Shown: positions 1 to 9,577 of the stretch, in pieces
Numbering within the stretch: position 1 is the first letter of the stretch
Layout: each line of letters opens with the position of its first letter
From: a phage
Sequence record: PX915676.1
Strand: one strand, 5' to 3'
DNA length: 64,000 nucleotides
Position numbers and translations under genes: made by a program
Notes under the pieces: model-generated
The model's input: only the letters and a program-made list of their open reading frames with translations
Databases searched by the model: none
Told to the model about the DNA's origin: nothing

Positions 1-740
1 TCATCTCCTTCACCTTTCATAAATTTATCTACCAGTTCAGTTAAACCGTTCTCTGGTGTAGCTGTAATTGTAACTAGACCTTTAGTTGTGAGTGTACGTG
101 TGACGCACTGTGCGAATATAGCCATAGACTCGTATGGATCTTCTTCGTCTAACCAAATATAGTCAACTGTTGCACCCATCAATGTGTGTTCACCCTGTTG
201 GGTTGAACGGAATTCTAATGTACTTAAACCGTCAAACTCTCCTCTTTCATTTTGATGTTTGATTTGTACGATTTGAAGTTTGTTACCATCTCGTTCTATC
301 GTGTCAATGACGATAGCATCACGAGGAATGACACCTGTCCCCAATAAGTTTGTATCCTTTCCGATAGGTGTACCAAACAATTCCTTTTGCAATACTTTCC
401 TTGTGGAATCCCCTGTAATACCAACTGCCCATGCTAAGATAGGTCTTTTAAATTTATATCCTGTCCACCAAGTTGGGTAGCGACCTGTGACATGACAAGC
501 AAACTCGTATGCCTCGCTGTAAGATTTACCAACACGGTTCGCTGCACACAAGAATCTAAAGCGATGCTTCAATCCTGCTGCATAAAATTTCTTTTGGAAG
601 TCATACGCCTTGAAAGACAAAATCCTATTATACTTCCTCCATTGGTCACGCTCTTTCAACATATTCAATAGTGCTTTCTTTTCGTCTACACTAAGGTTGT
701 TACCAGTTAGAGCTTCATAAATTTGTTTATCTAATGACAT
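1..740 (-). CDS. terminase large subunit, N-terminal ATPase part (3' end of gene lies beyond window start)
   Basis: Reverse-strand ORF with ATG at 740-738 and GGAGGAAG SD; translation MSLDKQIYEALTGNN... has Walker A-like CAANRVGKS and Walker B-like VDYIWLDEED as in phage TerL; absent from ORF track because truncated by window edge. Confidence 0.7.
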   Translation of the reverse strand, partial: MSLDKQIYEALTGNNLSVDEKKALLNMLKERDQWRKYNRILSFKAYDFQKKFYAAGLKHRFRFLCAANRVGKSYSEAYEFACHVTGRYPTWWTGYKFKRPILAWAVGITGDSTRKVLQKELFGTPIGKDTNLLGTGVIPRDAIVIDTIERDGNKLQIVQIKHQNERGEFDGLSTLEFRSTQQGEHTLMGATVDYIWLDEEDPYESMAIFAQCVTRTLTTKGLVTITATPENGLTELVDKFMKGEGD

Positions 741-901
741 ACTTCCTCCAGTTTAAAAATAGAAAAGGGAAAGTCCCTTCGTCAAAGAACCTCCCCTCTC
801 CACTACAAGGGTACACTGCAAAAGAACATCGTGGCAATGAAACTATAACAATCCTTAGATTATTAATCAGATGATCTTCGACAGCTCCCTGTTTCCTTTA
901 C

Positions 902-1375
902 TTAACTCTCGTCCGCTTCCTCCCCCTTTTCAGCGTCCTCAGAGTTGTCTTCTTCTGGAGGCATAACGTCGATACCAAGTGCTCCAGTCAAGAAGTCCTT
1001 GATTTGTGCATTCAATGATTCTTCGTTGATTACATTCTCTTCCTCAATCTTAACTTCAACAGAGGCCGCCTTAGGATATACCAGATCTGCAACTTTTGAT
1101 GCAGCCTTGAATCTAAGATCAGGTGGAATATTAGGATCTTCGTAAATTTGAATTAACACTTCATCAGGAGACAAATGACTTGCAGCAACACGGTCCAACA
1201 TTAATTGTGTCAGTTTACCTCTACTACCTTTGGGTCGTCCGAATTTATTTCCCTTTTGAAACTTCCCATTGCTTGGGTTCATACCACGGCCTTCAAGTTC
1301 TTCCGTTACTCCGGGTAATCTTCCTGTAATCTCAGCTACCTGTGCAGGCGTGAGTTCTCCGTTTTCTCCAAACAT
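902..1375 (-). CDS. hypothetical protein; position directly upstream of TerL suggests terminase small subunit
   Basis: Track ORF 157 aa; AAGGAG SD before ATG; basic GRPKGSRGK segment plus acidic C-terminus; function is positional inference only. Confidence 0.5.
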   Translation of the reverse strand: MFGENGELTPAQVAEITGRLPGVTEELEGRGMNPSNGKFQKGNKFGRPKGSRGKLTQLMLDRVAASHLSPDEVLIQIYEDPNIPPDLRFKAASKVADLVYPKAASVEVKIEEENVINEESLNAQIKDFLTGALGIDVMPPEEDNSEDAEKGEEADES

Positions 1376-1403
1376 TTTATACTCCTTCTACATTATCAAC
1401 AAC

Positions 1404-1426
1404 ACAAAAAGCCTCCCAATGGAGGC
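1404..1426 (-). terminator. intrinsic terminator (minus-strand transcript)
   Basis: GCCTCC-CAAT-GGAGGC hairpin with A-run on plus strand (U-run on minus) between two minus-strand genes. Confidence 0.6.
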
Positions 1427-1431
1427 AAATA

Positions 1432-2064
1432 TTACTTACAATCACCAACGGACAGGTTAAACATCTTACCTAGAGCAATCGTCTCACCTTCCCACGGAAG
1501 TTCTGCACCCTTTTCTTCCTCTAAAAGAATAGAGCCGTCGACCAAAAATTTTTCGTAGTCTCGCAGTGCGTCGTCTACTAACTCACTCTTGTGAATCCAC
1601 GTAATTGTTTCTGTACCATCCTCTTCGATTCTAACATCACGATGCCATTCATCTTTGGAGGTAATATAATCATGGAGCATTTCGTATTCAGCTTCTTCAA
1701 TCATCTCAATCATTGCACGAGCATAGTCAGGGAGGTGATCATGTTTAGTAGATTCGTATTCAACTACTTCCAGAGTAGAAGGCTTAGCCCGTGCAACTTC
1801 TTCAAGTACTTTTGAGCGATCTTTGTAGTAGTTCTCATATTTATCACCAATAGTACCGACTTGAAGTCCACGGTATTGTTCTACTAAACTCATCATATCT
1901 TTCTTCTCCGTAATAGTTGGTTTAAGAATACTTCCACTATATAAATCTTGTACAGCCAATCCTGAAACATTTCCCATAGTTTCTAAATGCTGTAAGCTAC
2001 AACCAGAGCGACATAGCTGTGAATTGTAATCGTTAAGGTCCATCGCTTGGATTAAATTATTCAT
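1432..2064 (-). CDS. hypothetical protein
   Basis: Track ORF trimmed to ATG at 2064-2062 (MNNLIQAMDL...) with AGGGAGA SD; late-operon orientation. Confidence 0.55.
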   Translation of the reverse strand: MNNLIQAMDLNDYNSQLCRSGCSLQHLETMGNVSGLAVQDLYSGSILKPTITEKKDMMSLVEQYRGLQVGTIGDKYENYYKDRSKVLEEVARAKPSTLEVVEYESTKHDHLPDYARAMIEMIEEAEYEMLHDYITSKDEWHRDVRIEEDGTETITWIHKSELVDDALRDYEKFLVDGSILLEEEKGAELPWEGETIALGKMFNLSVGDCK

Positions 2065-2311
2065 TTGTATCTCCCTTGCTGTAATCTTTGTATGTTTCTT
2101 TTCTGTAAGTGCGGAATGCTCTGAAGAAGAGCCAACCAAAACTACTTACATCAATTGTAATATCGAAATCTGTTTCATCATCTAAATCAACAAGACGGCC
2201 TAAGCATGTAGCTTCCATCCCTTCTTCAGAGTCACTGTTGATTACGAAAGCGTATGTCTCAGTTCTGAACCGAGGCACCATCTCTGATAAAAAGTCTAAT
2301 ACTAAATTCAT
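2057..2311 (-). CDS. hypothetical protein
   Basis: Track ORF 84 aa, first gene of the minus-strand block, overlaps next gene start by 8 nt. Confidence 0.45.
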   Translation of the reverse strand: MNLVLDFLSEMVPRFRTETYAFVINSDSEEGMEATCLGRLVDLDDETDFDITIDVSSFGWLFFRAFRTYRKETYKDYSKGDTNE

Positions 2312-2362
2312 AATTCTTCTCCTCTGAATAAGAGTATAAAGGGCACATCATAAGACCTACCC

Positions 2363-2619
2363 GTAAAGGCCACGTCATCTCTGATGACTACCTCACATTA
2401 ACACCCGTGAGAATACCTGTATTCATTTTCGTAGTCTTCTTCAGAGAAGCTACCGTATTCATCTTCTGTCATACATCCCTCTGATAAAGTTAAGACATAA
2501 AGGGGACTTCACGTTAAGGCACCCCCATAAAGGCCATGTCACGTTAAGGTCTGTCCATCCATGTGCTGTGTTTAAGCTTACCACATTTACTACATCTCCA
2601 AGTGGACTTATAAAGGGTG
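2363..2619. repeat. iterated short direct repeats (ATAAAGG boxes; 23-nt unit ATAAAGGnnnnnTCACGTTAAGG at 2497-2519 and 2527-2549)
   Basis: Read directly in the divergent non-coding region between late (minus) and early (plus) blocks. Confidence 0.5.
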
Positions 2620-2861
2620 TGAACTCTTTCATCCCCGTAAGCTTTGCGTATCCGATAGTACTCATGATCACATTTGAATTGCTTAATGATTAACTTAATT
2701 TTCCACATAAGTTCTCTTTCAACCTTATATATAAGAGTTTAAAATTCTGATTTGACCGAATGGGGCTAGCCGCTCGCCGCGCGTTTCCTAAAAGGGGGGA
2801 GTCCTCATTTAAAAAAGGGTTATTGGCAATGCCTTTACCTTCCCTTTCGACGTTCCACCTT

Positions 2862-3279
2862 TCCCCGTGCCTACTCCCCGTTATTCTTTCCCCGTGTATA
2901 CCATCCTATTCATTAGCTACCCGTTTATTTAGTTCCCCTTTAAAGAGTGAGAGAAAGGCTATACTCTGATAATGATTAGATTAAGGCACTATGAATAGGC
3001 TAATAATACCCATAAGCAATAGCCCACATCCCCCATAGTTTGATTGTAAATAGTTTCAATAGTAATGATTATGAGTGCAATAATGATGTATGTATTAATT
3101 AAGTGGAAAGATTATGTTTGATGTTTATTGTTTCTTTTATTACTTTCTTTTTTCAGCGTACATGAGCGTAGCGAATGGTCTTTGATGTTTGAGTTAACTA
3201 ATTATTTAAGTGGTATATTATTACCGCACTATCTTGCTATGTTTCCCCGTGGTCTGTTCTGCGGTTGTGTGTTCCCCGT
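2862..3279. repeat. five copies of TCCCCGT (2862, 2875, 2889, 3244, 3273)
   Basis: Direct inspection; three copies spaced 13-14 nt apart, two more 350 nt downstream. Confidence 0.45.
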
Positions 3280-3445
3280 TTGCCCTGGTCTGTTGGTCTG
3301 CTACCCGTAGCGTCAGCGTAACACCTGTAGGATTAGTGTTATAAAGTAACAATATCCAGTAAGCTGATGCTCTGAGTATGGAAAGTTTAGTAAATTAAAT
3401 TTCTTTAGTTTTCAGTAGGATGCAAGAAAGTTAGAAAATAAATGG

Positions 3446-3474
3446 TTGACAGCCTTTTCCTTTATTATATAGTT
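3446..3474 (+). promoter_or_regulatory. sigma70-type early promoter (TTGACA-N16-TATAGT)
   Basis: Consensus -35 TTGACA at 3446-3451 and TATAGT at 3468-3473, about 45 nt upstream of first plus-strand gene. Confidence 0.55.
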
Positions 3475-3518
3475 GTCAGCGTAGTTTGCAGTTTTCATCA
3501 ACCAAAAGGATTAACAAA

Positions 3519-4391
3519 ATGTCAAAAGTAGCGATTAACCACTTGAACAAAGCAAACGAAAGTCTTTCCTCTTTAGGCTTAACTGTTGGTAGTCCTGATG
3601 CGTGGATGGAAAACGAAAGTGCACGTAAAGGATTCAAAAACTCTGTAATGCTGGCTTGCTTAATCATTAACTCTACTGCGAACGCCTTACAGTGTGAAGA
3701 TGAAAGCACGTTCAAAGAAAACGGTTTTACCGATATGCAGGACGCTATTAATTGCTACATTCAAGCAAATTTAGATAGCTGGAATCAGAAGGATTGGCCT
3801 GAGTCATGCCGTGATGTTAAGGCTGAATTATCCCGCTTGTCTGTCATGGTTGAAGCATGGAACAAGAAAAACAAGAAACAGCCAATCAAGCCTACTGTTG
3901 CAAGTAAGATAATGAAGTCTGTCAATCTGGCAAGTTATGCACTGGTTGCAGCTATTGGTGTTAGTGCACTGGTCACATCTCTTTCTGATAAGGCTATCGC
4001 TAGTCCTACTCCTGCAACTGATGCCGCTAGTGTCTTCTCTAGTTCCATCAATAAGGGTTGGATGATTTGCAACGGTGCAGATAGTGACGGTGCTACCATC
4101 GTGCTAAAGATGAAATTTAGCAACGCTACTAATGATGGCGTTCTCTTTCAATCTAAAACGTTAGATAATCAGCCTAACAGTGATCTAGTTCTCAAGCGTA
4201 CTGATAACGATGCGGATATGGTGACATTTGGCACTGTACAACGTTATGAAGACGTTAAAGCTGTAACCAACCTAGTGAGCTATGGCCCGATCAATGAGTC
4301 GATGATTGCTACAACTGTTTATAATAACGCTAATAACGCTGTTTATACCGTTCACGTTAGTTTAGCCAACTGTATTAAGGCTAGTAAGTAA
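3519..4391 (+). CDS. hypothetical early protein
   Basis: Track ORF trimmed to ATG 3519 (MSKVAINHLNK...) with AAAGGA SD; first gene after promoter. Confidence 0.6.
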   Translation: MSKVAINHLNKANESLSSLGLTVGSPDAWMENESARKGFKNSVMLACLIINSTANALQCEDESTFKENGFTDMQDAINCYIQANLDSWNQKDWPESCRDVKAELSRLSVMVEAWNKKNKKQPIKPTVASKIMKSVNLASYALVAAIGVSALVTSLSDKAIASPTPATDAASVFSSSINKGWMICNGADSDGATIVLKMKFSNATNDGVLFQSKTLDNQPNSDLVLKRTDNDADMVTFGTVQRYEDVKAVTNLVSYGPINESMIATTVYNNANNAVYTVHVSLANCIKASK

Positions 4392-4417
4392 ATAACCTAT
4401 TTTCAGGAGTGTAAAAA

Positions 4418-4669
4418 ATGGCTATCAAAGAAGTTAAGTTATCAAACGGCTTTTCTTGTTTTGTTGGTGGGCAATCTATCGAGTTTAATACACTTGATGG
4501 TCAGATAATCTTGCCTGTTATCACTTTTTGCAGGATGGAATATCAGCCTCTTAAAGATTGGCTAGCCTTTGCTGATTTCGAAATTACCCGCGATGATTTC
4601 AAGTCGATCTATATTGACGGTGATTTGTCACTGGCTAACCTGTTAAGTGAGGGATTGATACATGGTTAA
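4418..4669 (+). CDS. hypothetical protein
   Basis: Track ORF 83 aa; CAGGAG SD. Confidence 0.6.
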   Translation: MAIKEVKLSNGFSCFVGGQSIEFNTLDGQIILPVITFCRMEYQPLKDWLAFADFEITRDDFKSIYIDGDLSLANLLSEGLIHG

Positions 4670-4916
4670 AGAGCATAGCTTTACTATTCCGACTCATAAT
4701 TACGGTGAGATTGATTTCTCGTATACGGATGACTCTGACAAGTGTTTAATCTTGTTTATTGTCGGCGATAATATTAAAACGGTGAGTTTTCCCGCTGTTG
4801 CTTTAATCATGGATACCCTCCTAGCTGGTCAGTATTTGGCGCAACGTCGGATTCTTCTTTCACTGGAAGAGATCGAACTGCTTAGAGTAGCACTTTTTAA
4901 AGGTAAAGGCAACTAA
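4662..4916 (+). CDS. hypothetical protein
   Basis: Track ORF 84 aa; start overlaps upstream stop (ATGGTTAA), translational coupling. Confidence 0.55.
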   Translation: MVKEHSFTIPTHNYGEIDFSYTDDSDKCLILFIVGDNIKTVSFPAVALIMDTLLAGQYLAQRRILLSLEEIELLRVALFKGKGN

Positions 4917-5018
4917 TGATTCATGATTATTTTTGGCGTTGCTTGTTCGTTGCTGCGGTGGCGTTATTCGTCGCTGATATGCTGTATTCTTACATTCTCT
5001 AACTAAAGGTTGATTGTC

Positions 5019-5384
5019 ATGGGTATTATTAAATTCGTAGTGAAAGTATTTGTAGGCTTCTTCCTTGTCGTTCTCCTGTTAGGTGTCCTGCTGTCGGCTA
5101 TGGGTAGCGTTAAGGCTGCAACGTTCTCCCCTGCTACGGTTGACGGTTTACAGTGCACCTATTTGATCGAAAACTATGAAACTGGTAAAAAGTCACCTAA
5201 AGTTATTATTTTGCATGTAAATGATTTCGATCATGTGCAATCATATGATAAAACTATTCAACTGGTAAATGAAACCACTGGTAAGCAAATTACGGTCGAT
5301 CACTTGATGCGCTCATCGTTGACACTCTTTGATGAGTCCATGAATGAAATGGCATCCGGTAACGGTCAATGTGTAAATCCATAG
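5019..5384 (+). CDS. hypothetical membrane/secreted protein
   Basis: Track ORF trimmed to ATG 5019; N-terminal hydrophobic stretch FVVKVFVGFFLVVLLLGVLLSAMG; AAAGG SD. Confidence 0.55.
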   Translation: MGIIKFVVKVFVGFFLVVLLLGVLLSAMGSVKAATFSPATVDGLQCTYLIENYETGKKSPKVIILHVNDFDHVQSYDKTIQLVNETTGKQITVDHLMRSSLTLFDESMNEMASGNGQCVNP

Positions 5385-5460
5385 GCTTAATCTTTCTCCT
5401 GTATTGTGCCGTAGTCATGCCTATGGTCATAATTTATCTGATGCTTTAAATCCTTCCTAT

Positions 5461-5489
5461 AAGCCTCGCTATGAGGCTTTTTTCTTTTA
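5461..5489 (+). terminator. intrinsic terminator
   Basis: AAGCCTC-GCTAT-GAGGCTT hairpin followed by TTTTTTCTTTT. Confidence 0.8.
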
Positions 5490-5767
5490 TAAGGTGATTG
5501 TATACCTTACTCCCTTTTAGCTCGTTGTGATGCGTTACAGGACGTTAAATACTGCTTTACAAGCCGTTTCCTATGATGTATCACTCGCGCCCGTTCTTTT
5601 ATCTATCCCACTATAAAAAGTTTAAAATAATTTGCTTTACCCTATTGCAACCTCATCTGATTAGCGTATACTTCATTTCATCGGGTACGATGTAAAACAT
5701 ACAAGGCAAGAAATTGCCCCGCTCTTTAAAAATCAGGCTAGAAAGTGAAAATATTCTTAAAAAGAGT

Positions 5768-5796
5768 ATTGACACCGAAAACAGCCTGATATATAG
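5768..5796 (+). promoter_or_regulatory. sigma70-type promoter (TTGACA-N17-TATAGT)
   Basis: Perfect -35 at 5768-5773, 17-nt spacer, TATAGT at 5791-5796; A/T-rich upstream. Confidence 0.65.
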
Positions 5797-5900
5797 TGAG
5801 CATAGTCAGCGATGACTTAAAAAATCCCGCTCTTTAAAAACTTATCATCTTGCCCTTTCGCATAGATTCACGCGAGATAAGGGAAAGGAATTAAAAGAAG

Positions 5901-6035
5901 ATGATAAAAAGAGTTGCAAACGTGGTTAAAGTAGTCCATACTAACCACAAGTTAGCAGATACACCGCTAACAAGTTCCCAAATCAACGTATCGCGGGAAA
6001 GGTGGCACATAGTGCAGCGAGTAGTTCAGGGTTAG
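5901..6035 (+). CDS. small ORF (44 aa) in promoter-proximal leader
   Basis: ATG with AAGGA SD 11 nt upstream; MIKRVANVVKVVHTNHKLADTPLTSSQINVSRERWHIVQRVVQG; below track size cut-off; weak support. Confidence 0.25.
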   Translation: MIKRVANVVKVVHTNHKLADTPLTSSQINVSRERWHIVQRVVQG

Positions 6036-6217
6036 GCGTCCTGTTAATGAATCAGTAAGCCTTCAATGTGACAGTGATTAGCAGACACTTTAAAAGGCTA
6101 AACGCTCTTTAACAATATGAATCATTAGTTAAGCCTCACCGCTTAATCTTCAATCAAATAAAGCTGATTGATATATCCTCCCAATAGCGGGAACGACGAA
6201 AAAAGATTAAAAAGCGG

Positions 6218-6246
6218 TTGACAGCGAAAACAACATGATTCATAAT
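6218..6246 (+). promoter_or_regulatory. sigma70-type promoter (TTGACA-N17-CATAAT)
   Basis: -35 TTGACA 6218-6223, 17-nt spacer, CATAAT 6241-6246; shares TTGACAsCGAAAACA with promoter at 5768. Confidence 0.65.
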
Positions 6247-7169
6247 GAGAACTCACTAAGCAAATCATCGCTTCAGTGAAAAGCGTAACAACGGCTAACA
6301 GTTGCATAGTGTGAGAAAGCACACTGATAGATTTACCGCTCTTTAATAATTTAAACATTCTCCTATATCGGTTGAATATGTTAGATGATAATAACCATCG
6401 GATAACATACCAGATAAAACGGCGTAAAACTCCCTAAATTATCAGGGTAAACAGTTTTACACTCCCTTACTGGAAACGTCACCACTGATAAACGGATTCA
6501 TCGAGTACACGCAAAGACTTAAGCTAATCGCCCACGGTTAAGGGTAGCGGCGGTCATCGCTAACATGGTGCTACGGTGAAAGAAGTTAATCAGGGTAGGC
6601 AATCCCGACGAATTAACGCTCAATTGAGAGCGGCGGGGAGTGGTTAAAAAGTGGCAAATTGCTATTTAACAATAAGGTTTAGTGTGAACGTTTACGATGT
6701 GAACGGCTTGAGATTCATCTTATGATGAAAGTACATAGTCGGTTTATGTAGTAAACTTGCCGAAAGATATAAAACGTCGGAACATTAGACGGTCAATGAC
6801 TCTTTCGCAATAGTATCCCGTAGTGGGCGATGACTAGCGATTGAGAGTTGATATAAAAGGATAGGCGAGAGCGAAAGCAAAGTAAACGATATTGCCGACG
6901 GTTACAATAACGTAACTAATTAGAGTCGGACGCACTGCCTTATTGTGATGATTGATCATCGCTATCAGGTCGGCTTCGTTTATAGCGACTAATTAAAGAT
7001 ACCAGATGAAACATCACGGATAAGGAGGCGGCAAGGTTAAGTCCTGATAAGACCGCCTCACTTACCTATAACTACTTAATAGTGAGTGGTTAGAGTTAAG
7101 TTAATAGTGACTTAAACAAGCTCATAGAGAGCGGGGCAATAGCGCCCTTACAATTGAAAGGTGAATATC

Positions 7170-8069
7170 ATGGCTAAAATCTTTACTCTGGTTAACGAAT
7201 CCGGTTTTAATGCTCTGGCTAACAACATTCGTAGTAATAACGCGGCGATCAAACAAGATGTTTCTAACTTCCTGTTAGGGCACTTACAGCACTTCCGCAG
7301 CAATGGTAAGAAGTTAGATGTATTGCAGGCGGCGGTTGACTTCCTGTTAACCGAACGTTTCCGCGATATGGATGTTATTGCCACCGCGATTACTTTCTTA
7401 ACTCCTATCAAGTTTAACACCGACGCGGCTAATGGTCGTAAAAAGTGGATTAATCTGGAAGGTGAAGCGAAAGCTAAAGAAGATGCGAAAGAAGCGCAAA
7501 TTAAAACCAAAATGGAGCAAAACCGTGCCCGCTGGTCAAACGCTTTCGAAAACTTCGCGTTAGGCCGTGAAATTGAAGTCGATAACCCTAACTTTTACAA
7601 GGGTTGTAATGACAACGTGGCGGCACACCTGCAAATACCGGCGAAAAACAAGGAAGATTTTAATCAGGATATTTACGCTTTAGTTGAACGCTTGAATGCA
7701 ATCCGTATTGAAGCCAAATTACTGGCTGATGAGCGCAACGGCGCTACTAGTGATAACACTATCGCCCTGAGTGAAGAAGTAGGGAAGGTTAAAAAATCCT
7801 TTGATTCACTCATCAAGAAAGTCACGGCCTCAACGGTAGCGATCTCAGATGATTATCTGATGAACGCATCAAGCAAAGAACTGGAATCTCTGGACTCTTA
7901 CGCTGATGAAATGGAAAAGACTATTGCATCTATGCAGGAGAAGTTAGAAAGTCTGCGTGGTCGTATCTCTTCAACGGTTGCTACCCGTACCGAACAAGCG
8001 GCGAAAGCAGAAGAGGAAGAAGTATTGCGTAAAGCGGCTGAAATTATGGCGGCACGTCAGGCGGCATAA
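7170..8069 (+). CDS. hypothetical protein (299 aa)
   Basis: Track ORF trimmed to ATG 7170 (MAKIFTLVNESG...) with AAAGGTG SD; followed by strong terminator. Confidence 0.65.
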   Translation: MAKIFTLVNESGFNALANNIRSNNAAIKQDVSNFLLGHLQHFRSNGKKLDVLQAAVDFLLTERFRDMDVIATAITFLTPIKFNTDAANGRKKWINLEGEAKAKEDAKEAQIKTKMEQNRARWSNAFENFALGREIEVDNPNFYKGCNDNVAAHLQIPAKNKEDFNQDIYALVERLNAIRIEAKLLADERNGATSDNTIALSEEVGKVKKSFDSLIKKVTASTVAISDDYLMNASSKELESLDSYADEMEKTIASMQEKLESLRGRISSTVATRTEQAAKAEEEEVLRKAAEIMAARQAA

Positions 8070-8092
8070 GTAAGACAATTTGAATAAACATA

Positions 8093-8126
8093 AGGCGCTA
8101 CCTTAACGGGTAGTGCCTTTTCTTTT
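8093..8126 (+). terminator. intrinsic terminator
   Basis: GGCGCTACC-TTAAC-GGGTAGTGCC hairpin (one G-U pair) plus TTTTCTTTT. Confidence 0.8.
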
Positions 8127-8180
8127 ATCAGTGCATTGATTCAGTGCATTAATCAAAGAATCTAATCAAAGGTGACGATC

Positions 8181-8399
8181 ATGTTAATTACACATACCAC
8201 GATTTATCGGAATCTTGTCAACGGTCAACATTACCGACTATCTAAAAAGTATGGCGTTGAATGTAAATGTGTGCTTACCGGTGAATGGTATCCGTCGCCA
8301 ATGAAGATTGAAACGTTGGAACGTGAAGCGATCAGCTATATCATAACGCAAGAAACAACATTAGGTCGTGTCTTAAGAAAGATGGGATTGAGAAAGTGA
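8181..8399 (+). CDS. hypothetical protein
   Basis: Track ORF trimmed to ATG 8181 with AAAGGTG SD. Confidence 0.5.
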   Translation: MLITHTTIYRNLVNGQHYRLSKKYGVECKCVLTGEWYPSPMKIETLEREAISYIITQETTLGRVLRKMGLRK

Positions 8400-8614
8400 T
8401 ATTCAGTAATAATTTTGGTAAGTGTCCTATTTGTGAGAAACATCGCAGTACGGGAAACCATCGCAAATGTAGTAAGATATTACAGCTCCAACGCGATAAC
8501 AATCATTGGGATACTGTACACACCAATCAACGTAAAGAAGAAGTTAGAAAAATGGCTGTTGAGTCTTCTTATCATCATTCACGTCGAATCAATCACGTTA
8601 AGGTATACGGATAA
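8396..8614 (+). CDS. hypothetical small Cys/His-containing protein
   Basis: Track ORF; GTG start overlapping upstream stop; CPICEKH...C motif. Confidence 0.45.
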   Translation: MIFSNNFGKCPICEKHRSTGNHRKCSKILQLQRDNNHWDTVHTNQRKEEVRKMAVESSYHHSRRINHVKVYG

Positions 8615-8823
8615 TGATCACTAATATCTCAGAGTTTAAGAAAGCTCCCTCTCGTCTGTTAGGCCGTCGTGTTGTATATCTTTATAGCAATAAAGGTAAA
8701 AGTACAACCGGACGAATTACAACGGTGAGTAGTTGCAACAAAAAACTATTGCAATTAAGTGTAGTTATGGATGATGGTACAATCCTGCTACGCAGTTGGA
8801 AGTCATTTAGTTTACTTGATTAA
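8614..8823 (+). CDS. hypothetical protein
   Basis: Track ORF 69 aa; ATG overlaps upstream stop (TAATG). Confidence 0.5.
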   Translation: MITNISEFKKAPSRLLGRRVVYLYSNKGKSTTGRITTVSSCNKKLLQLSVVMDDGTILLRSWKSFSLLD

Positions 8824-8892
8824 GTTATTTGTTCAAGCCTATCGACTTGATGGGCTTGCCCGATATAACTTATCACTGAAAGGAATAAGATT

Positions 8893-9336
8893 GTGGCTAA
8901 ATCAAAAATCAGCATGAAGGGCGGGCGTTGTTTTTCTATCTCTGAACTGGAGAAAGAGAAACCGAAGGCAACTAATCACGTTAGTAAGCGTAGTTTAAAA
9001 CGTCGTGCTGCAAAGGCTGAGGCTGAATCCCACGTTCCTTCCAGTGTGGCAAAACGTGTAGGCCATCGTGTCCATCGTGCTGATGCGTTGTTGTTAGCTG
9101 ATCATAGACGTTCTTTGTTAAAGAGCGGGGGAGCTAAAACCGAAGAAGAGAAGAAGCTAGAAATCTTCTGTAATGGTCGCACTCGTGGTAAACAGAAGTT
9201 TAAGGGTAGCACGAAAGACCCGCAGGCATTCCCTAAGACAAGCCAGTGTGCACCTGATGTTTTCTACGCAGATAGTAAACACAAGTGGGGCGTTGAAAAA
9301 TACATCGACCCCATCAAAGAGGCAAGGGTTAAGTAG
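8893..9336 (+). CDS. hypothetical basic protein
   Basis: Track ORF 147 aa, Lys/Arg-rich; GTG start with AAAGGAA SD. Confidence 0.5.
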   Translation: MAKSKISMKGGRCFSISELEKEKPKATNHVSKRSLKRRAAKAEAESHVPSSVAKRVGHRVHRADALLLADHRRSLLKSGGAKTEEEKKLEIFCNGRTRGKQKFKGSTKDPQAFPKTSQCAPDVFYADSKHKWGVEKYIDPIKEARVK

Positions 9337-9416
9337 TAGGAATATAGCCCCCTCTTTTAGTACTGTGACGCTCTTTCTGTAGCGTCGTGCCCTCTCCCCA
9401 TTTGAAGCTTCCGCAT

Positions 9417-9439
9417 AGCCGCCTTTGAGCGGCTTTTTG
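9417..9439 (+). terminator. intrinsic terminator
   Basis: AGCCGC-CTTTGA-GCGGCT hairpin + TTTTT. Confidence 0.7.
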
Positions 9440-9501
9440 CGTTGCTGTAAGTGCATTTGCGAGTGTATTTATAGCAACGGTTATGTGTTGCTTTCAGGTT
9501 T

Positions 9502-9527
9502 GCCCCGGCTACGGCTGGGGCTTTTTT
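9502..9527 (+). terminator. intrinsic terminator
   Basis: GCCCCGGC-TACG-GCTGGGGC hairpin + TTTTTT. Confidence 0.85.
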
Positions 9528-9577
9528 ATGCCCGTAAAAACAGGAGGTATCAAGTTCTGATAACAACGGCCCAGCTA

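Noticed and set aside
2459-2671. 70 aa minus-strand ORF from the track
   Set aside because: Lies across the iterated ATAAAGG/CACGTTAAGG repeats in the divergent non-coding region, no SD; more likely a repeat artefact than a gene
3935-8069. Minus-strand ORFs inside plus-strand early genes (3935-4123, 7148-7510)
   Set aside because: Opposite to the local transcription direction and embedded in better-supported genes
9425-9577. N-terminal extension of track ORF 9425-9967
   Set aside because: The extension runs through two intrinsic terminator hairpins (9417-9439, 9502-9527); trimmed to ATG 9578
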